NCBI GenBank assembly: GCA_965224705.1
Contig: OZ245056.1
Location: 928,001-992,000, forward strand
DNA length: 64,000 nt
Origin: Spirochaetaceae bacterium
GTDB taxonomy: Bacteria; Spirochaetota; Spirochaetia; DSM-2461
Direction of reading: 5' to 3'
Shown: piece after piece, positions 1-9,510 of the stretch
Position numbering within the stretch: the first letter of the stretch is position 1
How the letters are laid out: each line of letters begins with the position of its first letter
Translations under genes and position numbers: made by a program
Notes under the pieces: model-generated
Told to the model about the DNA's origin: nothing
Database searches by the model: none
The model's input: the letters and a program-made list of their open reading frames with translations, nothing else

Positions 1-1019
1 AAACCCGTGCTGACAGGCTGAAACTCAGGCAGAATACACTGACCATTCTTTGCCAGACTGATCTTGACTCCCTTATGGACACCCTGAATCAGAACGTACC
101 AGCCTATGTCGTCGTGGATTCCATACAAACCCTGGTATCAGTTGATACCGGTTCCATCCCGGGAACCCCGAACCAGCTCAAAATAGCAGGTTACCGACTC
201 ACAACCTGGGCTAAATCCAACAATATCCCATTATTTCTCATCGCCCATGTCACCAAGGAAGGCATCATTGCCGGTCCCAAGGTGATTGAGCATCTGGTGG
301 ATACCGTACTGTATTTTGATCATTCTTCAGGTGATCTCCGGATTCTTCGGGCCTCGAAAAATCGCATGGGATCGGTTGATGAGGCGGGATTCTTCCGCAT
401 GAATACCAGCGGACTGGAACCTATAAACGATCCTTCTGATCTCTTCCTTGAACACAGACAGGCAGGTCCACCGATTGGAAGCTCCGTTACGGCTGTATAC
501 GAGGGTTCCCGCATCCTTCTGGTGGAGATACAGGCATTGGTGGTGCCTTCAAAAGTATCGGGAGGCCGGGTGTACTCCGACAGGATTGATGCGGCTCGTG
601 TCAGCCGTGTCGCTGCAGTACTCGAACGCCATGCAAGTCTGCGGCTTTCGGATCAGGATATTTATATCAACGTTGCCGGGGGATTGAAAATCAACGATAC
701 TGGCGCAGATTTAGCTCTTGCACTTGCCCTGGCTTCCGCCCGGGGAGAGAGGGCATTACCTGAAAAACTTGCAGTTTTCGGAGAGTTGACCCTGGCTGGT
801 GAAATCCGCACCGTTCCCCATCTACGACGCCGTATAAAGACTGCTGTTGATTCGGGACTGGAGAATTGGCTTGCAGCAGGAGAAAAATCGGGTGAGACAT
901 TGGGAAATGGGTATACTATCAATTCAGTTCGCGAAGCTGTTGCCTGGGCTCTGTCATTGACCGGCTCGGACGAAGTCATGAATCCATCGAAGCTCAATAT
1001 CCAGGTCTCCAGAACTTGA
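1..1019 (+). CDS. radA: DNA repair protein RadA/Sms, 5' part outside the window
   Basis: VVDSIQT Walker B region, HVTKEG-IAGPKVIEHLVD, KNRxG motif, C-terminal Lon-like domain (DIYINVAGG, DLALA, GELTLAGEIR); N-terminal zinc finger and Walker A are absent, so the gene starts before base 1. Confidence 0.95.
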   Translation, partial: TRADRLKLRQNTLTILCQTDLDSLMDTLNQNVPAYVVVDSIQTLVSVDTGSIPGTPNQLKIAGYRLTTWAKSNNIPLFLIAHVTKEGIIAGPKVIEHLVDTVLYFDHSSGDLRILRASKNRMGSVDEAGFFRMNTSGLEPINDPSDLFLEHRQAGPPIGSSVTAVYEGSRILLVEIQALVVPSKVSGGRVYSDRIDAARVSRVAAVLERHASLRLSDQDIYINVAGGLKINDTGADLALALALASARGERALPEKLAVFGELTLAGEIRTVPHLRRRIKTAVDSGLENWLAAGEKSGETLGNGYTINSVREAVAWALSLTGSDEVMNPSKLNIQVSRT

Positions 1020-2252
1020 AGGTCCTGCGTTCCAATCCCGTGGAATGTCAGCAACTGTTCCTTTAAGTATGAGTTTTCCCCGGGTATAGCGCATGGTCAG
1101 GCTGATATGTCCATCAAGAAGCAGAACGGATTCCCTGTGGATACTCATGGCTGCAGCTATGGAAAAGGTTTTACCGACACCCCATTCCCATCTGAGTGAA
1201 ATCTTCCAGTTTCTGACAAAATCCCAGTACCATTTTAACTCAATTGCAGTGTCACCAGGCTCCCAGGCCATTGTATTCGTCAACTTCGTTGGAACAGGTT
1301 TATGTGTCAGACCATTCCATTCAATATCACTGAGAAATTCAATCGATGAAAACCTCCAGCCAATGGCTATTCTGCATGCCTCATCATCGGCGGTCGATGA
1401 ACGATGATATGTCCACAAAGGGAGTTGAAATGCTGCGGCAAGCAGGAGACCTGTTTTGGGACTCAGTCTTCCATCCCAGGCAACACCAACTGGAATCCCG
1501 GGAAGTTGCCCCTCCGCATTGCGGAAGTATTCTGTTGCCCATGTTCCTCTTGCTCTCGTTTTCCAGGGTCCTGTCGACAAACCCATGGCAGCAGCTATGA
1601 GGAAACCGGGCCTTATATTCACCCCGGCTGAAACAATACTGGTCAGGCTGCCAGTCCAGATACCCTTCTCTAAGCGATTCTTCATGGCGTAAGTCGTAAA
1701 GGCACCACCGGAGGAATGAACTTCATCTGGATACCAATCATCTTCCACTTCCGCCGAATTCAACAGACCTGCTGTCCAGAGAAGATCCATATCCCATAAA
1801 TCTGTACTGACAGGTGTTGCCCAGAATAGACTCGTATCCAGATTGGGCCGCCGTTCCCACCCCACTCCTGCCCGACCCTGCCAGGGAGAAAAAACAATAC
1901 CTATACGGGAATCTGAGAAAGACCGTAAATCGGCATGGTAAAATGTTCTCTCTGTTAAGCGGGCAAGTGCATCATATCCCGGATTGCGTACTTCCGCTGC
2001 CAGGCCGGCATCACTGAGATGTCCCAGAGTAAGAAGAGCGGAATTGATCCCAATCATACCCTGGAATTCGGAATCCGGATCCATCTGTCCTGCAGCTCCT
2101 ATGGAGAAATGTCTGAAATTCATAATTCCATACCCCTGCCATCGATTGCCGCCATCGTAAGCCATTGAAGAATCGATGCTGAAATTTTCCCTGCCGGAAA
2201 CTTCGGATGGAAGAAGAATCAATACAATAAACACATATCGAACCTGGTTCAT
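954..2252 (-). CDS. Hypothetical exported protein, beta-strand-rich (possibly outer membrane)
   Basis: 432-aa ORF with an N-terminal hydrophobic signal-like segment and many alternating Trp/Gly/aliphatic strands; no family recognised. Confidence 0.55.
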   Translation of the reverse strand: MNQVRYVFIVLILLPSEVSGRENFSIDSSMAYDGGNRWQGYGIMNFRHFSIGAAGQMDPDSEFQGMIGINSALLTLGHLSDAGLAAEVRNPGYDALARLTERTFYHADLRSFSDSRIGIVFSPWQGRAGVGWERRPNLDTSLFWATPVSTDLWDMDLLWTAGLLNSAEVEDDWYPDEVHSSGGAFTTYAMKNRLEKGIWTGSLTSIVSAGVNIRPGFLIAAAMGLSTGPWKTRARGTWATEYFRNAEGQLPGIPVGVAWDGRLSPKTGLLLAAAFQLPLWTYHRSSTADDEACRIAIGWRFSSIEFLSDIEWNGLTHKPVPTKLTNTMAWEPGDTAIELKWYWDFVRNWKISLRWEWGVGKTFSIAAAMSIHRESVLLLDGHISLTMRYTRGKLILKGTVADIPRDWNAGPSSSGDLDIELRWIHDFVRAGQ

Positions 2253-2354
2253 ATTATTTATAACCTGTTCAATGCTGCCTTACTTCTCTTGAAAATGAAA
2301 AAAAAATAAGTAAAATACTCAAGGGTATCTCTGAATATCATTCTCAGAATTTAG

Positions 2355-2515
2355 GAGCCTGTCGGATTTACGTCTCACGGCTCGATTTTTGCCCTTTTTC
2401 CCTGCTGCTGCGTTGCCAAAATACTCACGTAGCCCAGCTACGCTCCGTTTTTGTCGCCTTGCATCAGGAAAAAATCATCAAAAATCGCCTCGAAGCCTTA
2501 AAATCCGACAGACTC
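2355..2515 (+). mobile_element. MITE family A copy 1 (161 bp)
   Basis: Ends GAGCCTGTCGGA...TCCGACAGACTC; exact 4-bp flanking duplication TTAG (2351-2354, 2516-2519); near-identical to five other copies in the window. Confidence 0.9.
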
Positions 2516-2571
2516 TTAGGAAGTGACTTTTTCGATGCAGTGGTGCCTTAACGTCAACTCGGAGGGTTTCA

Positions 2572-3912
2572 ATGCTGATTCTTACACTCAACAGCGGCAG
2601 TTCGTCAGCAAAATATCAGGTTTATGACTGGGATCGCAGAAGCATACTCAGCGTCGGTATCATCGAACGTATTGGGCAGAGTCAATCAACATTGGAACAT
2701 CTCACTCCCGGCAGGGAAAAACTGGAAGATGAACAGCCCTGCCCAAATCACAAAGCAGCATTTGAATGGATTATAAGAACTCTGATTGATCCAGAATACG
2801 GATGCATGACAGATATAAGTGTTATCAGAGCAGTTGGTCACCGTGTTGTACACGGCGGCGAGACTTTTACAAAGTCCGCTCTGATCGATGATGAGGTACT
2901 GGCTGACCTTGAGGTCTGTTCTTCTCTGGCTCCTCTTCACAATCCAGCCAATATCATGGGAATTCGAGCCGCCAGGGAAATACTTCCCAACATCCCCCAC
3001 TGTGCAGTATTGGATACGGCCTGGCACCAGACCATGCCCGAAACAAGTTTCATGTATGCCCTGCCCTATCAATGGTACAGGGATCACAAAGTCAGACGGT
3101 ATGGTTTTCATGGCACCAGTTATATTTATACTGCAAAGCGGGCAGCGGCACTTCTGGGAAAGGATCCCTTTGATACAAATCTTATCATTGCTCACATTGG
3201 AAATGGCTCATCAATATGTGCCGTGAAAAACGGATTGAGTTATGACACATCAATGGGCATGACTCCTCTGGAAGGATTGATGATGGGGACACGATCCGGA
3301 GATATCGACCCTGCTATCGTTATTCACATGATGAAAACAACGGGTATGAATCCCGATGAAATGGATAATATACTCAACAAGAAAAGTGGAGTTCTCGGCG
3401 TTTCTGAGAAGTTCATCGACAGACGCGACATATTCACTCAAGCCGAAGCTGGAAATGAACGCTGTAAAACAACTCTCAACATGGAGTGTTATCGGATCAA
3501 GAAATACATTGGTTCATACTATGCTGCCCTCAGCCGCCTTGATGCCGTCGTTTTTACGGCAGGTGTTGGTGAGATGAATCCCACATACAGATGGAAAGCC
3601 CTTCATGGGCTTTCATCCATGGGAATCAAAATTGATAAGAAAAAGAATCTGATGTCACGAACACGCAATGCGGAAACCTGTATCTCAACCGATGATTCAC
3701 CGGTCAAAGTATTCGTGGTACCCACTGATGAAGAGTTAGTTATGACCGAGGATACTCATGCCCTAATGAACAACTGCTACGATGTGCACTCAAGTTTTAA
3801 CTACTCCTTTCAGAATCCTGGTTACCGAAACAAAGCACGGGATGAAGTCTTCAAGGCAGAGCTTGCAGAGAATCCGGACTTGAAAACCATTCTGCCCCAA
3901 ACTCCTGATTAA
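2572..3912 (+). CDS. ackA: Acetate kinase
   Basis: LNSGSSSAK, GHRVVHGG, LAPLHNP, RRYGFHGTS, AHIGNGSS, GTRSGDIDP, FTAGVGE, PTDEE. Confidence 0.97.
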   Translation: MLILTLNSGSSSAKYQVYDWDRRSILSVGIIERIGQSQSTLEHLTPGREKLEDEQPCPNHKAAFEWIIRTLIDPEYGCMTDISVIRAVGHRVVHGGETFTKSALIDDEVLADLEVCSSLAPLHNPANIMGIRAAREILPNIPHCAVLDTAWHQTMPETSFMYALPYQWYRDHKVRRYGFHGTSYIYTAKRAAALLGKDPFDTNLIIAHIGNGSSICAVKNGLSYDTSMGMTPLEGLMMGTRSGDIDPAIVIHMMKTTGMNPDEMDNILNKKSGVLGVSEKFIDRRDIFTQAEAGNERCKTTLNMECYRIKKYIGSYYAALSRLDAVVFTAGVGEMNPTYRWKALHGLSSMGIKIDKKKNLMSRTRNAETCISTDDSPVKVFVVPTDEELVMTEDTHALMNNCYDVHSSFNYSFQNPGYRNKARDEVFKAELAENPDLKTILPQTPD

Positions 3913-3999
3913 ACAGGTGTATTGAAGGGGACTCAGGTGACAGGAAGCCTGTAAAAGCCGCGATATGCACTCCGCAAGCTCATCACAGCTATTTCGGGA

Positions 4000-4554
4000 C
4001 TATCTCAGAAGAAGAACATTCCTGGCAACTTGATCAGCTGCGGCGTCATCAACAAGATAACGGATCAGTTCAATTGAGAATTCCCCCGCACACCCGGGAC
4101 TCCGACTTGTAATAAGATTCCCATCAGTCACAACCCGGTCAGTTGAAAAAGAACCATCATTCACCTGTTTTTCATACCCCGGATAGCATGTAAAGCTTCG
4201 GTTTGCCAGTAGCCCAAATTGTCCAAGGGCCACAGCCGAAGCCGCACAAATTGCAGCAACCAGACCTCCTTCCTGCATAACTGACCTGCATAAATTCTCA
4301 ACCGTGCTCGACTGTGAAAGATTTTCTGCACCCGGCATGCCTCCGGGCAGAATTACGGCATCCAGCTTTTCCCGAAGATCCTTCACTTCAACATCCGCAA
4401 CAACTTTAAGATTATGTGCCCCGACAGGGGTTTTAGTGCCCACTCCCGCAAGAATTACCTCAACACCTGCTCTGCGAAGATAATCGATTGGTGTTATTGC
4501 TTCAACTTCCTCGAAACCATCTGACAGCATAATGACTGCTTTTGCTTGCTTCAT
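4000..4554 (-). CDS. DJ-1/YajL (ThiJ/PfpI) family protein
   Basis: GFEEVEA, DYLRRAG, LPGGMPGAENL, AAICAA nucleophile elbow, TCYPG, LITSRSPG. Confidence 0.93.
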   Translation of the reverse strand: MKQAKAVIMLSDGFEEVEAITPIDYLRRAGVEVILAGVGTKTPVGAHNLKVVADVEVKDLREKLDAVILPGGMPGAENLSQSSTVENLCRSVMQEGGLVAAICAASAVALGQFGLLANRSFTCYPGYEKQVNDGSFSTDRVVTDGNLITSRSPGCAGEFSIELIRYLVDDAAADQVARNVLLLR

Positions 4555-4580
4555 TTTCTCCTCCAGTATAAGTATATAGC

Positions 4581-5411
4581 ATGGATGGAATGAGTAAAGA
4601 TCAACAGGGAAGAATTTGCTTCTATAAGTGGAATGCTTTTGACCCGTGGGAACACTGCCTTACGGCCAGATTAACCACCAGAACCGGAGGGTATAGTCCT
4701 CCACCCATGGCAACCCTCAATCTTGGACAAAATTCTGATGACTGTCACTACGAGCACAATCGGAATCTTGTTGCCAGTGCATTGGGATTTCCACAGGCTT
4801 CCTGGGCCGTGGGGAACCAGGTTCATGGTGTGAGAATTGCCACGCTGTCTGAAGATGAGAAGCCTCCCTACAACTCCTGTGATGCCATCTTGATCGATAG
4901 ATACAGCTATATCACAGGTGTGCTGCTGGCCGATTGCCATCCAATACTGATCTACGACCCAGTACGGCATATTGCCGGAATTGCCCATGCAGGCTGGAGG
5001 GGAACACTGGCCGGGATTGCGGGAATTCTGGTTGAGAAGATGGTGATTCATGGAAGCAATCGAACAGATTTAACAGCGGTTTCCGGTCCGGGTATTGATT
5101 CCTGCTGCTATACAGTAGGAAAGGAAGTAGCATCCATGTTCAGGGATAAATTCGGTGATGAAGGAAAATTTCTCCGTCCTGGCGAAGAGGATAGCAGTGT
5201 ATGGAATCTAAGCCTTGAAAAAGTCAATGCCCATGTTCTCCAGGAATCGGGAATACCCGGGAATCAAATTCATCGCAGTCGATTATGCACGGCATGCAAT
5301 AACAATGATTTCTTTTCCTATCGCAGGGAAAACGGGAATACAGGAAGGCAGGCAGCAGTTATCGTGCTTCATTTTCCTAGAAGACGGCCTAATAAGCCTT
5401 TTTTCTTCTGA
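4581..5411 (+). CDS. pgeF: PgeF/YfiH family (DUF152) protein
   Basis: TTRTGGYS, LNLG, QVHG, LLADCHPI, HAGWRG, CTAC...FFSYRR...GR. Confidence 0.92.
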   Translation: MDGMSKDQQGRICFYKWNAFDPWEHCLTARLTTRTGGYSPPPMATLNLGQNSDDCHYEHNRNLVASALGFPQASWAVGNQVHGVRIATLSEDEKPPYNSCDAILIDRYSYITGVLLADCHPILIYDPVRHIAGIAHAGWRGTLAGIAGILVEKMVIHGSNRTDLTAVSGPGIDSCCYTVGKEVASMFRDKFGDEGKFLRPGEEDSSVWNLSLEKVNAHVLQESGIPGNQIHRSRLCTACNNNDFFSYRRENGNTGRQAAVIVLHFPRRRPNKPFFF

Positions 5412-7000
5412 TTGGAAGATTCATTGGAATCCAGACTGAAATTGTCTCCATATTTCTTTCGGTAGTATTCCAGGCGTTTATCAATGCTTGTATTGGAATC
5501 AATGCGCTTGCCGCCAGCTTCGGGTATAGTCGCCCCGGGTGGTGCTTTCCTCTGCTTATTCTCTGTTCTCGGTTTTCTGTCTTTACTTGATTTTCGAGGT
5601 GAGGATTGAGATTTTTGTTTTCCACGATCCCTTTGCGGTCTTTGCTCTTGATTATCTGTTGATCTTGTTTCAAGCATAAGGTCTTCCAGTTTTCCACCGG
5701 CTACTGAAGAAACAGCCGATTGCACACGTGATGCACCAGGGTCCAGGAATTTCATGCCCTTCCGAGGTTGTTTACGTGGAGACTGATTTCCAGTTTTTTT
5801 TGAATTGCCGTCCATTCCCCTGTAACGATCTCTTCGAGTATAATGTGTGTTCGCACTTTCATCCTTCAAGTACAGGGATTCATCCGCCCACTTAACAGGA
5901 ATTTTTTTGCCCAGAAGTTTTTCAATGGGTCCCAAACCATAAATATACTCTTCACAGGCCATGGTAATTGTTTTTCCTTTTTTCCCTGCGCGAGCTGTAC
6001 GGCCTATTCTGTGAATGTAGCTTTCTGCATCAAGAGGCAGATCGTAGTTGATAACCATTTCAAGTTCATCAATGTGCAGACCCCGGGAGGCAACGTCCGT
6101 GGAAACAAGAAATCTGTGATGACCTTTTTTTACGCCATCAACAATTTTCATTCTCTGCTTCTGAGGCAAATCTCCCATGAGTGATGTTACCTCGTACCCA
6201 TTCACCTTCAACCGCTTGGCAACTTCCCATGCACTATGTCTGGTATTAGTAAATATTACAGCATTTTCGGGATTATTCTTTTTCATTATACCAAGAAGCA
6301 ACTGCATCTTCTCGTTCTTGCTGACATGATAGATTTCCTGGGTAACTGTATCGACTGTTGTTTTTTCAGGTTCAATAATGATTTCACCGGGATTACTCAT
6401 GTATTCCCATGCGAGATTTCCTACCTTGGAATTGAGAGTTGCACTAAAAAGCAGTGTACGTCGTTCCGTGGAAGGCCTCATTCTCCCAATAATGCTTTTG
6501 AGGTCTGGTAGAAAACCCATGTCGAAAAGCCGGTCAGCTTCATCAATCACCAGAAACCCATACTCTTTGAAATTTATTACCTTTCTATTGCCAAAGTCTA
6601 TCAGACGGCCTGGAGTACCAATAAGTATATCCAATCCCTTTTTTAGCATGGCTTCCTGAGATTTGAACCCCATACCACCAAATACAGCCCCTATGCGCAA
6701 ATTCAGGTATTTCCCGAGGAGATTGCATTCACGCTCAATTTGAACAGCTAATTCCCGGGTTGGAACAATGATCAGAGATTTTTCATTCTTAAATGATTCT
6801 TCGCTCGTGATAAGCTGGAAAATACCAAGACAGAAAGCTGCGGTTTTACCCGTTCCAGTTTGTGATTGAGCATAAACATCCCTATGCTCATTGATTAGAA
6901 ACTTGAAGCACTCTGCCTGTACAGGCATGGGTTCTACGAAACCAGCCTCATCAATTCCTTTCTGGATTCGCTCATCGAATCCAAATTCTTTAAAAGTCAT
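5369..7000 (-). CDS. DEAD-box ATP-dependent RNA helicase (RhlB/RhlE-like) with a basic C-terminal tail
   Basis: Q motif (GF..PMPVQ), SQTGTGKT, PTRELA, TPGRL, DEAD, SAT, YIHRIGRTAR; start placed at the ATG of MTFKEFGF. Confidence 0.95.
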   Translation of the reverse strand: MTFKEFGFDERIQKGIDEAGFVEPMPVQAECFKFLINEHRDVYAQSQTGTGKTAAFCLGIFQLITSEESFKNEKSLIIVPTRELAVQIERECNLLGKYLNLRIGAVFGGMGFKSQEAMLKKGLDILIGTPGRLIDFGNRKVINFKEYGFLVIDEADRLFDMGFLPDLKSIIGRMRPSTERRTLLFSATLNSKVGNLAWEYMSNPGEIIIEPEKTTVDTVTQEIYHVSKNEKMQLLLGIMKKNNPENAVIFTNTRHSAWEVAKRLKVNGYEVTSLMGDLPQKQRMKIVDGVKKGHHRFLVSTDVASRGLHIDELEMVINYDLPLDAESYIHRIGRTARAGKKGKTITMACEEYIYGLGPIEKLLGKKIPVKWADESLYLKDESANTHYTRRDRYRGMDGNSKKTGNQSPRKQPRKGMKFLDPGASRVQSAVSSVAGGKLEDLMLETRSTDNQEQRPQRDRGKQKSQSSPRKSSKDRKPRTENKQRKAPPGATIPEAGGKRIDSNTSIDKRLEYYRKKYGDNFSLDSNESSNQKKKGLLGRLLGK

Positions 7001-7184
7001 ATTAATATTCAATCCTCAATTGTTTAAAGGCGTAACAATCGCTCGGAAATAGACTGCTCTTACCGGCCTTGATGCAAGTAATGGAAGTGGTCGGGTTCAT
7101 TCCAAATTTTAGTTATTATCATGGAACAGATTGTCAAATCCTTGCTTTTTGTATGATTAAATCATACAATAGCATGCATATTAA

Positions 7185-8108
7185 TTGATATTGATAGAAG
7201 AATCAATGCAGATTTCCGATTTATCTGCTAAAAGAACACCGGAATACCACTTCTGGAGATTGTATTTGATGCCGGATCATTTTTTGAGTAAGAAGCAATT
7301 CAGCCTGAAAGCCATCACAGGAAGATTTTTCTCACGGCCAAATAGATTCAAATTCCTTACGAATTACCAGAAAGACATACTTTCACGAAGCATGAAATCA
7401 ATAAAGCAGCCAGAATCAATTCCATCACTCTTGAAGTGGGATATTTCAGTTACACATGTATCATCAACAATTCAGATAACCGTATTTGATGACATCTTCA
7501 GGAAAGATAGACAGGCCTGTCAATATTTCTTCCTCCTGGAATCCAGTAATAATGATCTGGAATCCATGATACATACTCATGTGGTACGTAGAGAACTGAT
7601 CAATCTTGATAAAGGCACTTTGAATCTTGACCAGATCACACGGCATGTTCATGAAAAGGCTCTTTCTGCAGCACAGATAGCCAGGAACAATATCACAGGT
7701 ATCACGGGTATGATCAGCAGTGATGCAATCACTCTGCTGCCCCTCCACAGGCCAGGATTTTTGTTGAAACGTAAACAATCCAGCCAGGTTTTATCACTCA
7801 AAGATCTTGGGTACGTAAGAATTAACCCAAAGATGGGGGGAGTGAATTTTGATACATCAGACTTGCAGACTCTGGAAGTAGCAATGAACAGCGGAGATAT
7901 AGCTGCCATTTACAGTCATTCTCTCACAAGTATAAAGAGTACAGATGGTGATAACTGGGGAACAACTTCAATAGCAGACATACTGACTGATTCTCATGAG
8001 TCTTCTGCCAAAAATACTCTGGCAAGAATTATCAATAGTGCTGAGTCTTTCACCGGTCTGGAAGAAATAGCGGAACCACTTCAACTTGTAGTAATGCGGC
8101 GGCGTTAG
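7185..8108 (+). CDS. Degenerate SpoIIE/RsbU-type PP2C domain protein
   Basis: C-terminal half follows the RsbU pattern (GD.A.IY..SL, G..WG...I..IL, SA...L.RII..AE.FTG......LVV.R), but the metal-binding Asp positions are replaced; start uncertain. Confidence 0.6.
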   Translation: MILIEESMQISDLSAKRTPEYHFWRLYLMPDHFLSKKQFSLKAITGRFFSRPNRFKFLTNYQKDILSRSMKSIKQPESIPSLLKWDISVTHVSSTIQITVFDDIFRKDRQACQYFFLLESSNNDLESMIHTHVVRRELINLDKGTLNLDQITRHVHEKALSAAQIARNNITGITGMISSDAITLLPLHRPGFLLKRKQSSQVLSLKDLGYVRINPKMGGVNFDTSDLQTLEVAMNSGDIAAIYSHSLTSIKSTDGDNWGTTSIADILTDSHESSAKNTLARIINSAESFTGLEEIAEPLQLVVMRRR

Positions 8109-8173
8109 ATTCTTGCTATCCTCACGCCAATTCGGGATTATTCTCATTCTTCACCAGTTTCGCTTTTCTCCAG

Positions 8174-8334
8174 GAGCCTGTCGGACTTTAAGGCTTCGAG
8201 GCGATTTTTGATGATTTTTTCCTGATGCAAGGCGACAAAAACGGAGCGTAGCTGGGCTACGTGAGTATTTTGGCAACGCAGCAGCGGGAGAAAAGGGCAA
8301 AAATCGAGCCGTGAGGCGTAAATCCGACAGACTC
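8174..8334 (-). mobile_element. MITE family A copy 2 (161 bp)
   Basis: Reverse-orientation copy of 2355-2515 with the same terminal repeats; flanks CCAG/CCAA. Confidence 0.9.
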
Positions 8335-8398
8335 CCAAGCAAATGACATTGACATACCAGCAGGGAATTAATTACACTCATCAGGCCTTAAATGGTAT

Positions 8399-8472
8399 CG
8401 GGCTGTAGCGCAGGGGTTCAGCGTACATGTCTGGGGGACATGGGGTCGGCGGTTCAAATCCGCCCAGCCCGA
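8399..8472 (+). tRNA. tRNA-Pro (GGG)
   Basis: Acceptor stem CGGGCTG/CAGCCCG, anticodon arm CATGT-CTGGGGG-ACATG, T-arm GGCGG-TTCAAAT-CCGCC; CCA not encoded; upstream TTGACA (8349)...TACACT. Confidence 0.95.
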
Positions 8473-8632
8473 CGATATAATCAGGACTGGAAAAGAATAG
8501 TATAAAACTCTGAATCTTACCGGAAAAGGATCAGATCTTTATTTTGAATGGCAAGTATTTCAACCGATAGTGGGGAGTTATGTTTCTTCCGCACCCTGAA
8601 TACTGTTGCCTGTGTCCTGAACCCATGCAGTT

Positions 8633-9172
8633 TTATCGATCATTCATCGGAGGTAATGCTACTGGAATATAATGGCCCCAATAGAGTGTTGTACTGAGGT
8701 ATTCCTTGAACGTCATTTCTCTCTGAACCAGAACGGCATTGATATAGTCATAATTGAATTGAAAATGATCCCGGGCAATAAAATCCTGCTTTACGGGGTC
8801 GATCAAATCTGTGAAACCGTTAATCCAATGCTTCCCGCCAAGAGTTCCTTCCCAGGGTTTGACATCGGTGTAATTGATATTATCCTTAATTCTGTTGCGA
8901 ACCCTGTTTGTTTGAATGTAATCGGGGATGTCCGAATAGTATGACTTTCTTCCATGAGCATCATAATGCGTGTAGTACCCAAGAACCCATAGATCCTGTT
9001 CATTTAACTGATGATCGCCAACAAAATTAATAGCTGAATACTGCTCTCTCCTGGAAACAACCGTATCGGAGGATTCCATAACCACATCCGGCTGAGGGCC
9101 TGCAATCACCGGCATCCCAATAATGCACAAAACTAATCCTGCTGATACAAGTTTCTTAATCTTTCTACTCAT
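8633..9172 (-). CDS. Hypothetical secreted protein
   Basis: 179-aa ORF, GGAG Shine-Dalgarno upstream, classic signal peptide (MSRKIKK, hydrophobic core, VIA-G). Confidence 0.7.
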   Translation of the reverse strand: MSRKIKKLVSAGLVLCIIGMPVIAGPQPDVVMESSDTVVSRREQYSAINFVGDHQLNEQDLWVLGYYTHYDAHGRKSYYSDIPDYIQTNRVRNRIKDNINYTDVKPWEGTLGGKHWINGFTDLIDPVKQDFIARDHFQFNYDYINAVLVQREMTFKEYLSTTLYWGHYIPVALPPMNDR

Positions 9173-9510
9173 AAGCAGTTTACTCCATGGCAGTCAGTAT
9201 TTCCCTGAGTCATAGAACCCTGATTTCATTTTGATTACCGGGATGTTTCAGAATTCATAACTATTTCCATCCGAAGGACACAGCATAACCACCCAGGGCC
9301 TGTACGTTCGGCCGCTCCAACTGAATGATCCTCATGATTCTGTTGTTAATATAATACAATACCAGGAGCCTGTCAAATTGTTTAGCTGTTAACATGACAG
9401 GAGAAGCACAATGGTGGTCAGCAGTCACGGTTACAGCGTCGATGTATACCCGATCTCTACAGGCGGCTGGAACTTTACGGTTGGTTTGCTAACAGATGGA
9501 TCCTGAACTC

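Noticed and set aside
8144..8381. Small ORFs overlapping MITE copies (also 19086-19274, 20958-21363, 36138-36335, 44404-45063)
   Set aside because: They are open frames of the repeat itself, without independent start signals.
9366..9401. GAGCCTGTC...TGACAGG as an ultra-short MITE A derivative
   Set aside because: Only 9 bp match the TIR, the right end is incomplete and there is no target duplication; could be chance or a terminator stem.
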